From: Desulfobulbaceae bacterium
GTDB lineage: Bacteria > Desulfobacterota > Desulfobulbia > Desulfobulbales > SURF-16
Direction of reading: 5' to 3'
Length of the DNA stretch: 64,000 nucleotides
Assembly: GCA_003249165.1 (NCBI GenBank)
Contig: QKJV01000098.1
Location: 19,793-83,792 of the forward strand
Part shown: piece after piece, positions 37,691-46,337 of the stretch
Numbering within the stretch: position 1 is the first letter of the stretch
Layout of the letters: each line of letters starts with the position of its first letter
Notes under the pieces: generated by a model
Seen by the model: the letters and a program-made list of their open reading frames with translations, nothing else
The model's database searches: none
What the model was told of the DNA's origin: nothing
Position numbers and translations under genes: made by a program

Positions 37691-39000
37691 TTGTGGATTA
37701 TTTTCTGATTATAGCATTGCCAATAATAGCACTCGCTCAAATTGCCGGAGGGGTAGTTTTTTTGTGTAAAAAAACAAATTCCAACGATAACAACGCCATA
37801 AGCACAGAACAGTCCGATTCAACTAACTCGGAGGTACTTATGCCAGTAGGATGTGTTAAGGGCTACGAAATAACTATACCAATTGAACTTCTGCCTGCGA
37901 CAACCCAGATTGAGGATAAGAGCCTGTTTGAAATTACTGACCACACGGTCATTTCTCGAATTTCTGGACTAATACCTTTTACATTGCAAAATGGGACAAG
38001 GATAATGGCAAACAATGCTCTCAACCCACTAAAAGGTACAGAGTTAGTAAAAATGGATATTCCATTTTCACAACTCACGAAGTCGAAAGACATGGCAGGT
38101 GCTGCAAGAGGTTATGTTCACGGAGGTAAGGGCGTAGCGGCACAAGCAAATTTAACTAAAGTTGACATGACCAAAGTCACAAAAGCGACTGCTGTCGCTA
38201 ACGGAGTGGCGAATGTGATGAATGTTGGCTCTTTAGTCGTCGGACAGTATTATATGTCCGAGATAAGTTCCAAGTTAGAAACTATGACAAAGAGCATAGA
38301 TAAAATCAGCGATTTTCAAGACAGGGAGTTTAAGAGTCGGATATTATCGGTGATTACTCTTGTTGGAGAAATTTCTCAATTCAGCTCTGAAATAATGGAA
38401 GACGATGAGCAGCGAACACTTAAACTTTCAGCTTTAGAAAACTTAAAAGCTACTGCTACCGAACTGCTGGGGCAAGTAAACATTACAATATCTGGAATCA
38501 CTCAGAAAAGCCCTAATCCTAATTATGAAGATTATCAGTACAAAGTTGGAGATCTCAAAGTTTTAGTTGAGTATCAAAACATATTAGTTGCTGTTCTCGC
38601 GGAAATTAGCAAGTTGACGTATTTGTTAGGTAAAGGGGCAATTTCGACTGAACGCAGCTATGCCATATACAGTAAGTATTTGGAACAAGCCAAACAAACT
38701 CGAACCCTTCTTGGACAATGGCACGATAAGCAAGTTACGGCACTGCATATTGATTTAAACAAAGAGCGCATTTCCAAAGCGGGGTTTGAAGCTATTATTT
38801 CGGCTCCACTGGGCTTGATAGATGATAAATTTAAGTTTAAGGCCTTAAAACAAAGCCTTGTTTACGAGATAAGCACCCAAGCTAACCAAAGTCTCGAAAG
38901 TCCAGATGAACCAAAACGTATCTACGATGAAGATGTAGAAATCATCATAAAGGACGGCAAATATTATTATCTACACGAATCACTGGAAACGGATGAATAA
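37684..39000 (+). CDS. N-terminally membrane-anchored protein, unknown function
   Basis: GTG start overlaps the macro gene stop (GTGTTGA). TM helix IIALPIIALAQIAGGVVFL. Internal Gly/Ala/Val-rich segment ATAVANGVANVMNVGSLVVG. Helical C-terminal half. Confidence 0.45.
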   Translation: MLIVDYFLIIALPIIALAQIAGGVVFLCKKTNSNDNNAISTEQSDSTNSEVLMPVGCVKGYEITIPIELLPATTQIEDKSLFEITDHTVISRISGLIPFTLQNGTRIMANNALNPLKGTELVKMDIPFSQLTKSKDMAGAARGYVHGGKGVAAQANLTKVDMTKVTKATAVANGVANVMNVGSLVVGQYYMSEISSKLETMTKSIDKISDFQDREFKSRILSVITLVGEISQFSSEIMEDDEQRTLKLSALENLKATATELLGQVNITISGITQKSPNPNYEDYQYKVGDLKVLVEYQNILVAVLAEISKLTYLLGKGAISTERSYAIYSKYLEQAKQTRTLLGQWHDKQVTALHIDLNKERISKAGFEAIISAPLGLIDDKFKFKALKQSLVYEISTQANQSLESPDEPKRIYDEDVEIIIKDGKYYYLHESLETDE

Positions 39001-39098
39001 CAATTTCGTAAGCTGTTAATGTCGTTTCGGAAGCGACCTCTCGCCCCTCGCCAAGTAGTATTCTAAGGTTACAATAAAAATCTTAGGAGGCTACGGAA

Positions 39099-39752
39099 AT
39101 GAAAAAAGGATTAACGGAATTAGTATTTATACTCGACAAAAGCGGATCGATGGGTGGATTAGAAACCGATACTATAGGTGGCTACAATACTATGCTTAAG
39201 AAGCAGCAGACGGTCGATGGCGAATGCCATATCACAACGGTGCTTTTTGATAACAACTACGAGCTACTCCACGACCGTATAGATATCAAGGCGGTCAGCC
39301 CAATCACCGAAAAGGAGTACCAAGTCGGCGGATCAACTGCGCTTCTTGACGCAATTGGGAGGACGATACACAAAATCGGCAATGCCCAGCAGCACACCGC
39401 CGACGATTACCGTGCAGAAAAGGTCATGTTCGTCATCATCACCGACGGCGAGGAGAACAGCAGCCGCGAGTACAGCTCGGACAAAGTCAAGGCGCAGATT
39501 GAGCGGCAGAAGGCAAAATACGGTTGGGAGTTTATCTTCCTTGGCGCGAATATTGACGCTGTGCAGACAGCTTCGCGCTTCGGCATAGCACCCGACCGCG
39601 CTCAGAATTATCACGCTGACAGCGAGGGCGTGGAACTCAACTTCCGTGTAATGAGCGAGGCTGTCGCCACCTTCCGAGAATGCGCCGCCATGCCGGAGGG
39701 TTGGAATGACGAGATACAGAAGGACTATAAACGACGCGGCAGCAAGCGTTAA
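39099..39752 (+). CDS. von Willebrand factor A (vWA) domain protein
   Basis: MIDAS DKSGSM, GGSTALLDAIG, IITDGEEN. RBS aggagg. Confidence 0.8.
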   Translation: MKKGLTELVFILDKSGSMGGLETDTIGGYNTMLKKQQTVDGECHITTVLFDNNYELLHDRIDIKAVSPITEKEYQVGGSTALLDAIGRTIHKIGNAQQHTADDYRAEKVMFVIITDGEENSSREYSSDKVKAQIERQKAKYGWEFIFLGANIDAVQTASRFGIAPDRAQNYHADSEGVELNFRVMSEAVATFRECAAMPEGWNDEIQKDYKRRGSKR

Positions 39753-39789
39753 TAAGAGATGATCGTAGCCTACTGCGTAAGGAGAAAAT

Positions 39790-41550
39790 ATGAGTATTAT
39801 AAAACATAATTTATTGCCCAAGCAAAAGTCGCGTAAAAACCATCTTGAAGTTGAGGTAGATTTATATCCTTACGCATCAGAGCTATATGACGAATTGAAT
39901 TCTTTGGGAATAATTCAAAGAATGAAAGAAATACCCCAGTTGGGAGTTATCAAGGTTCCGAAAAAGCTTGAAAAAAGCAGATACGATTATGTAATGCTGC
40001 AATTGTACTTGCATCAGCTTATTAAAAATAAATTACAGAGTCAGTTAAGACTGACATATAACAATCCGGTAAAATCTTATGAATTCAGGCCTGATTACCA
40101 TTACAATACAAAAGAAGACAAGCCAACTATCGGTGATGTCCTTCAGCTACTTACAATCGTGTATAACATCGGCCATTTTTATAATACATTTACATCCTCA
40201 CGAGCAGTCACAATGATGGCCACCGAAGATGATACATTTAAGAAAATGATTGTATCTGCTTCGACTGACAATAAATATGCACCTGTTGTAAATAAGCTAC
40301 TTACAGACAATGATTATCAACACTTTCACCTGATAAATTCTATTTTGATTTTGGAGCATTGCGACCAAGCTAAACAATCAGTAATACTGGCAAAGGAAAT
40401 ATTATATGCATACATAAACGAGAAGAGTTTACCCACTGAGAGTAAACTCGCATATGCATTTTCAGTTTTTAGAAATGTCCGCACCGTATCCTATATGGCG
40501 TATGATTTACAAATTGCCAACACACCGCTTACTATAGATTTGTGTAATCAAGACGCCGTTCTGGTTTTGCTCAGGGAATTATTGTCAGAATATAACAATA
40601 GCAGGTCTTCATCCAGACTTATCGAATCAGTTAGCAAATTGCTGGATGATACGGTGTATAACGAAAACTCAAATGCTATCTGCTATTATAAAATATCAAG
40701 GAAAATCGTTTCATTCCTTCAAAGGAAAGAGTACTTCGAGGAAAGAAAATATTTCGATGATTTTTTTCTCAATAGAACGAGTTTATTAAATTGTTCCTAT
40801 TCACACAATAGAGATTACGTACAAGAGGCAATATTAAAGATTACTTTTCAACGAAGTGAAAGACATATATCTGAGGATACTTTTTTCACACTTGAACGCA
40901 TTAATAATACTCGTGTTGGGTATTATGATCGACATACTGGTGAGCAAACGATACTGGTTTCTCTTAAAAAACATTGCGCTTCAAAGACTGCTGCTGCTCT
41001 TCATGTATTAAGAACCGTAGTAGGTGCTCTGAGAAAAATTGAAGGTATCGCGCCAAATGATATCCGTTTTTTGCTATGCGTTAAATTCTTCTTGTTCTAT
41101 TTATTTAACGAAAATCCTGTTTTGATTAAGCCAACAATCGATGAACACACCTGCGTTATATGTACAAGAGGAAAAAACAGTCGAATAACTGAAGTCAAAA
41201 AACTTCTCAATGATGGGTGTGGAAATCCAGATCAAAATCATGAAGCGGCATTTATGGTTAATTGCTTAGAAGAAGATAAGCTGAATGATACTACAATATG
41301 TGTCCCCGCAAGTATAGTAGTTTATCAAAAAGATGCCGTTGGCCGAAAACTCTGTGAATTTGATGGAATCGTTATACGTCCTATGCGAAAGCAGAAACAA
41401 GTATTATTTCTTGAAGCTAAAAACACTACAGATAAGCCTTCACTTGCAAAAAATTGCTTAATCGAAAAATTAGATAAATTGTCATTTTCATATTCAGCAA
41501 CTGATATCCAGACAGTTAATTATGATGCAGAATTAGAAGTTACAATCTAA
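39790..41550 (+). CDS. Hypothetical 586-aa protein: degenerate HD-like N-terminus plus C-terminal PD-(D/E)xK-like motif
   Basis: RMKEIPQLGVIKVPKKLEKSRYDYVMLQ and VYNIGHF mimic the layout of SAMHD1/dGTPase-type HD domains but lack the His/Asp residues. C-terminal EFDGIVI...LFLEAKN. The sequence looks very AT-rich in hand-counted stretches. Confidence 0.4.
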   Translation: MSIIKHNLLPKQKSRKNHLEVEVDLYPYASELYDELNSLGIIQRMKEIPQLGVIKVPKKLEKSRYDYVMLQLYLHQLIKNKLQSQLRLTYNNPVKSYEFRPDYHYNTKEDKPTIGDVLQLLTIVYNIGHFYNTFTSSRAVTMMATEDDTFKKMIVSASTDNKYAPVVNKLLTDNDYQHFHLINSILILEHCDQAKQSVILAKEILYAYINEKSLPTESKLAYAFSVFRNVRTVSYMAYDLQIANTPLTIDLCNQDAVLVLLRELLSEYNNSRSSSRLIESVSKLLDDTVYNENSNAICYYKISRKIVSFLQRKEYFEERKYFDDFFLNRTSLLNCSYSHNRDYVQEAILKITFQRSERHISEDTFFTLERINNTRVGYYDRHTGEQTILVSLKKHCASKTAAALHVLRTVVGALRKIEGIAPNDIRFLLCVKFFLFYLFNENPVLIKPTIDEHTCVICTRGKNSRITEVKKLLNDGCGNPDQNHEAAFMVNCLEEDKLNDTTICVPASIVVYQKDAVGRKLCEFDGIVIRPMRKQKQVLFLEAKNTTDKPSLAKNCLIEKLDKLSFSYSATDIQTVNYDAELEVTI

Positions 41551-41578
41551 AAATATGCTTTATTATATTGAGAACCCT

Positions 41579-41627
41579 CGCTAACGATTTATACTTGCGC
41601 TAACGAAACCTAAACCTGCGCTAACGA
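41579..41627. repeat. Three phased direct repeats of CGCTAACGA (~20-bp spacing)
   Basis: CGCTAACGA at 41579, 41598 and 41619. Located 30 nt after the stop of the 586-aa ORF and upstream of repeat copy 2. Confidence 0.7.
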
Positions 41628-41701
41628 TTTATCCGGCAAATGAACACTGTATCAAAATTATCAGCCTTTGCCAACGGAGGCGGCGAGACTCTAACCCTAT
41701 T

Positions 41702-41881
41702 ATTGACTTGTTTCCGAGAACGGATTAAAACAAAATAAAAGTGTGGATATATTTCCACGAACGGAGATTATCCCAAAAACCATCATCGACCTATTCCCGA
41801 GAACGATAAATCAGCAAACCACATACCAGACATCAATATGATGCTATCGTTCCATGTGGAGAGTGTTGTATTGATAACAAG
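41702..41881. repeat. Copy 2 of the ~180-bp direct repeat (partner at 14238-14418)
   Basis: Same order of three TTCC(N2-3)GAACGGA-like motifs (41710, 41751, 41793) and the palindrome CATCAATATGATG (41831-41843). Confidence 0.85.
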
Positions 41882-42118
41882 AAAAGATAGGTAAATGTTT
41901 AGAAAGCCTTGAAATAAAGGGGTTTCGAGGATAGGGTAGAAACTCTGGCTCTCGGATTTTTTTGCTGCCACCTCCTCCATCTCACCAAGCCATAGGAAAG
42001 TTAAGTAGCAAATATAATATATATTTATATAGCAAAGAGAAAAATATATATTATACATTGAAATGTTTATACAAATTTGATATACTTAATTCAAACCAAT
42101 AACAGGGGAGTAAGGACG

Positions 42119-43087
42119 ATGGAAAAGAACAGCAGGCTTTTATGCCTTCTGCAGTTATTGCAAAGAGAAACTGATGAGGAGCATATGCTGACAACTTCGC
42201 AGCTCATAGCAAAACTTGCTGAGCTTGATATTTCATCCCATCGTGAAACAATAGCCTCGGATATTAAGCTGCTCCAAAATGCCGGTTATGATATTATCTG
42301 TAATAAAAGCACACAAAATAAATACTTTCTTGCAAGCCGTGAATTTGAACCAGTGGAACTTAAAATGCTTGCCGATGCGGTTAATGCGGCACAGTTTATT
42401 TCAGCAGATAAATCTAAACAGCTCATAGATAAGCTTTTTTCATCTGTAAGTAAATATCTAGAGGAACAGCTTAAATGTTCTGTAAATTCTGCGAACCTCA
42501 ACAAGCATAACGGAAATTCATGCATATATTGTGCAGACCTAATAAACACCGCAATTGCTCAGGGTGTTAAGATAAAATTTCAATATTATGAGTATACGGC
42601 AAAAAAAGAAAAAGTGCTGAAGCATAATGGCTTCACATATACAGTTAGTCCATATGCGACAGTATGGAATGATGACCGCTATTATCTTGTCGGATATTGT
42701 GAAAAGCATAAAGATATTACTGTTTTCAGAATTGACAGAATAACGAATATAGCGCTCACTAAGAATATCTCAAAGCCTTGTCCAGAAGATTTCTGCCTCA
42801 AGGCTTTCCTTTCACAGACATTTAAAATGTTTCATGGTGAGCTTTCTGAAGTGAATCTTAAATGTCATAGTAAGCATATGAAGGCAATTGTAGATAAGTT
42901 CGGGGATAATGTTAAAACAGAAATAATTGATAAAAACTATTTTTCTGCAAAGGTTAACGTTGAACTCAGTCCAACGTTTTATAGCTGGATTTTTCAGTTC
43001 AAGGGAGAACTTGGCATACAATCACCACAAAAAGCAATTGACGAATTTGTGCAAATGATAGAAAGCGTTAAACAGGTGTCGGAATAA
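42119..43087 (+). CDS. HTH + WYL domain transcriptional regulator (BrxR/CapW-like class)
   Basis: N-terminal wHTH RLLCLLQLLQRETDEEHMLTTSQLIAKL, central WYL-like VSPYATVWNDDRYYLVGY. I preferred the ATG at 42119 over the track start at 42077. Confidence 0.75.
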   Translation: MEKNSRLLCLLQLLQRETDEEHMLTTSQLIAKLAELDISSHRETIASDIKLLQNAGYDIICNKSTQNKYFLASREFEPVELKMLADAVNAAQFISADKSKQLIDKLFSSVSKYLEEQLKCSVNSANLNKHNGNSCIYCADLINTAIAQGVKIKFQYYEYTAKKEKVLKHNGFTYTVSPYATVWNDDRYYLVGYCEKHKDITVFRIDRITNIALTKNISKPCPEDFCLKAFLSQTFKMFHGELSEVNLKCHSKHMKAIVDKFGDNVKTEIIDKNYFSAKVNVELSPTFYSWIFQFKGELGIQSPQKAIDEFVQMIESVKQVSE

Positions 43088-43105
43088 TCCGTCACCTGAT
43101 TTTTT
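43073..43105 (+). terminator. Rho-independent terminator
   Basis: Stem caggtgtcgg / ccgtcacctg (1 mismatch) followed by tttttt. Confidence 0.6.
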
Positions 43106-43193
43106 GTCTATTGACGTAGGAACGTTTGTTTGATAATATATAAGCAGACGTTCACAGTAATGAGAACATAGCTCAAAGAAAGGGGTTAGCTAA

Positions 43194-43568
43194 ATGACTT
43201 TCGGCGAATACATAAAAGAAAAACGTCTGGAAAAAGGCATTACACTGCGAGGTTTTGCAGAAATGATCGACATATCTCCAGTGTATATGTGCAACCTTGA
43301 AAAAGGCAGACGTGCGGCACCTAGTGAAGTTGTGCTGGAAAGCATATCATCAAAACTTATGCTCAGCAAAGAAGAAAAAGATATGCTTTATGATCTTGCA
43401 TCAAAGGAACAAACTGCTAAAAATCCTGTTCCGAAAGACCTTAATGGATTTCTTAAGGACAATAGAGTTATCGTTTCAGCACTCAGAACTGCAAAAGATC
43501 TTGACGCAACAGACGAGGAGTGGCAAGAGTTTATTGACAAACTTAAAAACAGTCGTGAAAATCAATAG
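43194..43568 (+). CDS. XRE-family HTH regulator (ImmR-like)
   Basis: FGEYIKEKRLEKGITLRGFAEMIDISPVYMCNLEKGRR. Confidence 0.85.
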   Translation: MTFGEYIKEKRLEKGITLRGFAEMIDISPVYMCNLEKGRRAAPSEVVLESISSKLMLSKEEKDMLYDLASKEQTAKNPVPKDLNGFLKDNRVIVSALRTAKDLDATDEEWQEFIDKLKNSRENQ

Positions 43569-43586
43569 AAAGGACAAGCAAAATAT

Positions 43587-44189
43587 ATGGGAGATATCTG
43601 TTATAGAAAAAGCACATTGGATTTAATAGCAAATAAATTACTAAAGAATTATCAGCATGGTAAATTTCTATATGGTGATCCACAGTCTGTTCCGATAGAA
43701 CAGATAATAGAGCTTGAATACGGACTTAATATTGAATATGTCTGCCTTAGAAAAAATGGAACTGTTCTCGGACAAACTGTGTTTGAAAACTGCTTTGTGC
43801 CTTTTTATGATAGTGACAATGAGCAGTACAGTATTATGGAAGTTCAGTCAGGAACGATACTCGTTGATATTTCTCTACTTGAGGACGAAAACAGCGGTAG
43901 GCTGAGATATACTCTTGCACATGAACTCGCACATTGGCTTATTCATCAGAAAATATATGAAAATTCACAGCAGTCAGCGGCTAAAGTTGATGGAAATATT
44001 GACTGTCAAACCGAATGGCAGGCTGATACTCTCGCTGCTTCAATTCTTATGCCGAGAATGCAGATTAAAAAAGCCTTCTACAAGACTTTAAATTTATCTG
44101 CAAAAGGAAAAATATCATATATGGCAGAGCTTTTCGATGTTTCAAAGCAAGCAATGTCAATTTGCCTTAAAACACACAACATGATATAG
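43587..44189 (+). CDS. ImmA/IrrE-family zinc metallopeptidase
   Basis: HELAHWLIH HExxH motif. Immediately downstream of the XRE gene, as in ImmR/ImmA pairs. Confidence 0.85.
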   Translation: MGDICYRKSTLDLIANKLLKNYQHGKFLYGDPQSVPIEQIIELEYGLNIEYVCLRKNGTVLGQTVFENCFVPFYDSDNEQYSIMEVQSGTILVDISLLEDENSGRLRYTLAHELAHWLIHQKIYENSQQSAAKVDGNIDCQTEWQADTLAASILMPRMQIKKAFYKTLNLSAKGKISYMAELFDVSKQAMSICLKTHNMI

Positions 44190-44358
44190 CTGTAAACAAA
44201 TACTAATTTTCTTTTAAAGTATAGACAAAAAAACTTGCACAGATCCATTAAGCAAAGGCTTTACACAGATTTCTTATATACTTTATTGGCGGAAATTAGT
44301 ATCGGCTATTTTTTAACCGTGGTGTTCCCTAAATTGAGAACAGAAAGGACAAAACATA

Positions 44359-44562
44359 ATGGTGAATACGAATTCTCAAAGGTACGAGATGGAAAAACAT
44401 AAAATTATACAACAACTTAGATGTCCTATATGCCATGCACGGCTGGCAGATCAGAAAAAATGGTGCAGTCACAGAATAATTGCTACTGACGCCGACAAAG
44501 GTGATTTCGTTACCAAATGTCCAAAGTGCAAAAATGTAATTGGATTATCTGCGGAACATTAA
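44359..44562 (+). CDS. Small zinc-ribbon protein
   Basis: CPICH...CPKCK pairs. RBS aaaggac. Confidence 0.4.
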   Translation: MVNTNSQRYEMEKHKIIQQLRCPICHARLADQKKWCSHRIIATDADKGDFVTKCPKCKNVIGLSAEH

Positions 44563-44875
44563 AATTTAATATGTAATTCAGTTTACTAGTACAGAGCATC
44601 ATCCACCCATCAGTGAATATGGGTTTTGGATTGCAACAGCGTTTTGCAGTCTTAATATTGGGAACAGTATGAATGAGGTAGAAGCCTGACAGTAGCTTTT
44701 AAAGCTATGTCGGATTTCTGCCTCTTTTTATGTCCTTACGGCTTTAGAAGCATAATTTTCTAAAGAAATAAGGACTTTTTTATGCTTAATTTTAAATGGC
44801 TGTGCTTTCTAGCCAAGTATCCATAGCCTTTGTTTTGATTTTACCACAAACAAAAATCAAAACGGAGGAAAGAAA

Positions 44876-45382
44876 ATGGATAAAAAATATGAGAGGTTTG
44901 ACCTCAGAATTGAATACAAAAGCTTTGTCGGTGATAAGCCGATTGTTATAATTTCAAATTTACCGCTTTCTCAGCTAATTGCCGAGTATCCCGAATTAAA
45001 TGCAAGTCAATTTCAGCTTTACACACCTGCAGAGTGGAATGAAGTAAAGTCGGTTTTCACTGCATCTTGGAATAACAATATGAAATACAAAATGCGTGAT
45101 ATTCGCCATGCTGATATGGACGGATATCTTGAAGGCGATACCGAGCAGATAATTAAAAATATTGAAACCTCTACCGTGGAGGATAAGGCACTTGCAAATT
45201 TTGATAAAGAATCACTTTTGTCAGCTTTGGAATGTCTTAACGAAAATCAGAAAAGACGTATCACTCTGTATTATTTTCATGATCTTACATATCGGCAGAT
45301 AGCTGAAATTGATAGTGTTTCAGACAAGTCAGTTCGGGAATCAATTTCTGGTGCAATAAAAAAATTGAAAAAACTTTTATAA
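44876..45382 (+). CDS. Sigma-70 region-4-like HTH protein
   Basis: C-terminal RITLYYFHDLTYRQIAEIDSVSDKSVRESISGAIKKLKKLL. RBS ggagga. Confidence 0.6.
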   Translation: MDKKYERFDLRIEYKSFVGDKPIVIISNLPLSQLIAEYPELNASQFQLYTPAEWNEVKSVFTASWNNNMKYKMRDIRHADMDGYLEGDTEQIIKNIETSTVEDKALANFDKESLLSALECLNENQKRRITLYYFHDLTYRQIAEIDSVSDKSVRESISGAIKKLKKLL

Positions 45383-45780
45383 ATACCCCTCTCAAACAGC
45401 CTCTCTCTGTTAGTAAAAGTGAAAGGGTAAAAAAGAACCCTTTCAAAAGTCCCACGAAGTGAGACTATGGTAACTTTAAAACTGAATAACAGCATCAGAA
45501 ATACGTTAATCTCACAGCCGGTATAAAATCTCGGCAGCCACCGAAGAATTACGCTTGCGATAAATTTTTCTTCAGCCTTTGAATAGCTTTCAAAGTCGGC
45601 GATGAAATGTGAGAGGATAATGATACTTCCGCCCAGCCACAGAATCAACCAATGGGGGCGGCTCTGGGAGAACCTCAGAGAGATGAGAAGTCTATGAGAT
45701 AAAAAAGCTATTTATCGTTTCTGATGTTCCGCCGTAACGGATGTTGAGGACAAATATTACGGTGGCAAAACGAAATTATC

Positions 45781-45806
45781 AGGCAGGCTCTGTCCTGCCT
45801 GTTTTT
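45781..45806 (+). terminator. Rho-independent terminator
   Basis: aggcagg-ctctgt-cctgcct followed by gttttt. Confidence 0.6.
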
Positions 45807-45832
45807 ACATAAAAACAGAAAGAGGAAGATAA

Positions 45833-46006
45833 ATGGGTAATAAAAATACAAATTTAAATCACAACGGCATCACTGTTAATGCTGAGTCAGTAAAAATTCC
45901 TACAAATCATAAGTGCTATAAATGCATCTGGGCAAACACAGAATCCGGGCGGATATTTTGTTTCAGAAAACCATGCGTGAGGGAGGCAAAGAAAAATGGT
46001 AATTAA
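45833..46006 (+). CDS. 57-aa Cys-rich small ORF overlapping the mazF start (candidate non-canonical antitoxin)
   Basis: Hand-translated: MGNKNTNLNHNGITVNAESVKIPTNHKCYKCIWANTESGRIFCFRKPCVREAKKNGN. RBS agaggaag. 11-nt overlap with the MazF ORF. Too short for the ORF track. Confidence 0.35.
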   Translation: MGNKNTNLNHNGITVNAESVKIPTNHKCYKCIWANTESGRIFCFRKPCVREAKKNGN

Positions 46007-46337
46007 ACGCGGAGATATATTTTATGCAGATCTAAACCCTGTTTTCGGTTCAGAGCAAGGCGGATATCGTCCTGTTCTTGTAATTCAAAATGACATAGGC
46101 AATCAGCACAGTCCTACAGTTATTGTTGTTCCGATTTCATCAGTCGGCAAGAAAGCCTATCTGCCTGTGCATATAAATATTTCAGATACCAAACTTTTGC
46201 CGAAGGACTCAGTTATTCTTCTGGAACAGATACGAACACTGGATAAAAAGAGGCTAAGTGAATATGTTGGTTCATTTGAATGCGAAATGATGCAGAGGAT
46301 TGATAGGGCTATAAAAATAAGTGTGGGGGTAACGTGA
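45996..46337 (+). CDS. mazF: MazF/PemK-family endoribonuclease toxin
   Basis: IKRGDIFYADLNPVFGSEQGGYRPVLVIQNDIGNQHSPTVIVVPISS. Confidence 0.9.
   Translation: MVIKRGDIFYADLNPVFGSEQGGYRPVLVIQNDIGNQHSPTVIVVPISSVGKKAYLPVHINISDTKLLPKDSVILLEQIRTLDKKRLSEYVGSFECEMMQRIDRAIKISVGVT

Noticed and set aside
14238-41881. Interpretation of the 180-bp repeats as Tn7/Mu-like transposon ends.
   Set aside because: The two copies are in direct, not inverted, orientation. No transposase or TnsB-like gene lies in the window.
41783-42058. 91-aa minus-strand ORF spanning repeat copy 2 and the AT-rich spacer.
   Set aside because: It overlaps the non-coding direct repeat, and copy 1 has no equivalent ORF. The translation is hydrophobic and low-complexity, and no RBS is present.
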